A stretch of DNA of 64,000 nucleotides, from the IMG/VR virus record IMGVR_UViG_3300028454_001266; one strand, written 5' to 3'. Source of the DNA: an uncultured virus (IMG/VR IMGVR_UViG_3300028454_001266). Taxonomy: Duplodnaviria; Heunggongvirae; Uroviricota; Caudoviricetes. Each line of letters opens with the position of its first letter. Position 1 is the stretch's first letter. Below are positions 62,558 to 64,000 of this stretch, in pieces. A program made the translations under genes and the position numbers. Below the pieces are notes generated by a model. The model was not told the DNA's origin, did not search any database, and saw only the letters and a list, made by a program, of their open reading frames with translations.

Positions 62558-64000
62558 TACACTCGATCCTTTCTCTTCGGAATCTGGGGCATGGTCTGCA
62601 CGATCTTCTCATCGTAACGGATCTTGCCCGGACTCACTTCTTTCGGAGTCTTCTGGACGGTCGGCTGGGCGTACTGCTTGTACCAGCTTTCGCCGTCCGT
62701 GGTCTTGACCGTCTCATGCGGGCCGGAAGGCTCCATGTACTGCGAGGCATTGTACATCGCAAATTGGCGTTCTTCGCCGCCGCCTGCCGGGGTCTCGTAA
62801 CCGGTGATGCGCCCTCCGCCGATCTCCACATTACGGAATGTCGGCGGCGCTTGCGGGATGCTTCCGCTCTGGCCCTCGATGCTGGAAGCAGCCTGACCGC
62901 CGGACGCGGTTCGAGCTCTGGAAACGGTTGGTTGCTGATCCTGAGCAGTCTGCTCTGCCTGAGAACTGGGGACATCGTAGGTCCCCGCGCTTCCGCCGCT
63001 CAGGGTCACGGTGTCCTCGGGAGGCGTGCTCCCGCTGTAAGGTACACCGGGGAACTCAGTGGGCGGCTCGTCGGCTGCCTCGGATGTCTCGGATGCAACG
63101 GGCATGGGTGTAACAGTCGGCTGCCCGGGAACAGACATGCCGCCAGTTGTCCCGGTCATGGGAGAACCGGTCTGCTGTCTGGGAGATACGGAAACGTCAG
63201 ACGCGGGACTGCCGGGATACGGAATAGCTGCGCCGCCAGCTGCCGCCGCAGCTCCGCCGTCAGGTGTGATGATGTCCTCAGGCGCGGAATTGGAGACACC
63301 GGGGAACTCGCTCGGCGGCTCATCCGCCACGGAGCCCGCATCCGATGTGCTGACGGGCGCGCCGCCAGGAACGGGCACGGATTCGGATGCCTGCGTGGGA
63401 GATTGTGTGCTTGTGGGCGCGCCTGTGCCGGACATCGGAACGGAAGTGCCCCTGCCGGGAGGCGTCTGACCGGTGACGGGGATGCCTGCGTCGGATGCCT
63501 GACCGCGCTCGCTTGCTACAGGATCGCCGCCTTCCACCGACACGACATTCTCAATGGAGTCGCCGCTGTTCTGGGATTCATAGCCGAGATAGCTTGTCAG
63601 GGCTTGCGCGGCGCGCGGGCCGGTGATGGAGCCTACTGCGGAGATGCTGCCCGTGGCAACAGCCCCGATGACATTCTTGGAGAATTGCCCGTCGTGCTTC
63701 AGGCTGCTGTCGAACATAGCGCCTCCGATGCTGTTCCTGACGCCTTTCGCGGTTCCAGTGGCGCTCGCGGCCGCGGCGTTGCCGGCTGCCCTGCTGATGG
63801 AGCCGATCATGCCTCCGCCCGTGCCAGTGAAGGCTTGCCCGGCAGGAGGCGACGCGGCGTTTTTGACCGTGCTGCCACGGTTGAAGATGTTCCCGACCGC
63901 GCTCCCGGAAGTTTTCGCGGCGAGGCCGAGCGCGCGTCCGGCGATCAGCAACTCGCCAAGCATACTGCCGCCTGTCCGCCCGACGTTGATCCCGAGGCTC
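62557..64000 (-). CDS. C-terminal part of a VirB6/TrbL-like membrane protein with low-complexity repeats (5' end outside window)
   Basis: Frame is open to the window edge (SLGINVGRTGGSMLGE...); Gly/Ala/Pro-rich tail; located upstream of the hydrolase and virB4. Confidence 0.6.
   Translation of the reverse strand, partial: SLGINVGRTGGSMLGELLIAGRALGLAAKTSGSAVGNIFNRGSTVKNAASPPAGQAFTGTGGGMIGSISRAAGNAAAASATGTAKGVRNSIGGAMFDSSLKHDGQFSKNVIGAVATGSISAVGSITGPRAAQALTSYLGYESQNSGDSIENVVSVEGGDPVASERGQASDAGIPVTGQTPPGRGTSVPMSGTGAPTSTQSPTQASESVPVPGGAPVSTSDAGSVADEPPSEFPGVSNSAPEDIITPDGGAAAAAGGAAIPYPGSPASDVSVSPRQQTGSPMTGTTGGMSVPGQPTVTPMPVASETSEAADEPPTEFPGVPYSGSTPPEDTVTLSGGSAGTYDVPSSQAEQTAQDQQPTVSRARTASGGQAASSIEGQSGSIPQAPPTFRNVEIGGGRITGYETPAGGGEERQFAMYNASQYMEPSGPHETVKTTDGESWYKQYAQPTVQKTPKEVSPGKIRYDEKIVQTMPQIPKRKDRV

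Larger units (their letters stand above)
20724..64000 (-). mobile_element. Conjugative element backbone (ICE or plasmid); ends not visible; cargo probably extends to position 1
   Basis: VirB4, VirD4, peptidase, adhesin, ssb, co-oriented small-gene array; the shared promoter motif links 17.9 kb with 35.8 and 39.6 kb. Confidence 0.85.

Overview
GC-rich (by eye ~55-60%) Clostridia-type (probably Oscillospiraceae/Ruminococcaceae-like) sequence that looks like the interior of one large conjugative element (ICE or conjugative plasmid). No integrase, att site, rRNA, tRNA or CRISPR array is visible. Right end (40.6-64 kb, minus strand): transfer module with a VirB6-like gene (partial), C39 peptidase, PrgI-VirB4 fusion, Replic_Relax-like protein, VirD4, S1-domain protein, an unusual membrane protein-sortase fusion and a ~2,800-aa thioester/Cna-B adhesin. 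Middle (20.7-35.7 kb, minus strand): leading-region-like array of small genes with ssb, a MoxR AAA+/vWA pair and two sigma-like factors, followed by a divergent WYL regulator-exonuclease operon and a stand-alone Pol-beta-type nucleotidyltransferase. Left (1-18 kb): a tight HTH-Mod-Res-(HEPN-SNF2)-(sacsin-like ATPase) operon that looks like a defence system, two CoiA-like genes, a secreted nuclease and a UvrD fusion. The best leads are (i) a 26-27 bp promoter motif at fixed spacing to a -10 box, found in front of the WYL gene, uvrD and a third gene, suggesting a PafBC-like, element-encoded DNA-damage regulon; (ii) the RM + HEPN-SNF2 + sacsin operon; (iii) an anchor-less LPKTG adhesin next to a possibly released sortase; (iv) repeat clusters that are oriT/operator candidates. 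All family assignments come from motif recognition by eye, not from database searches.
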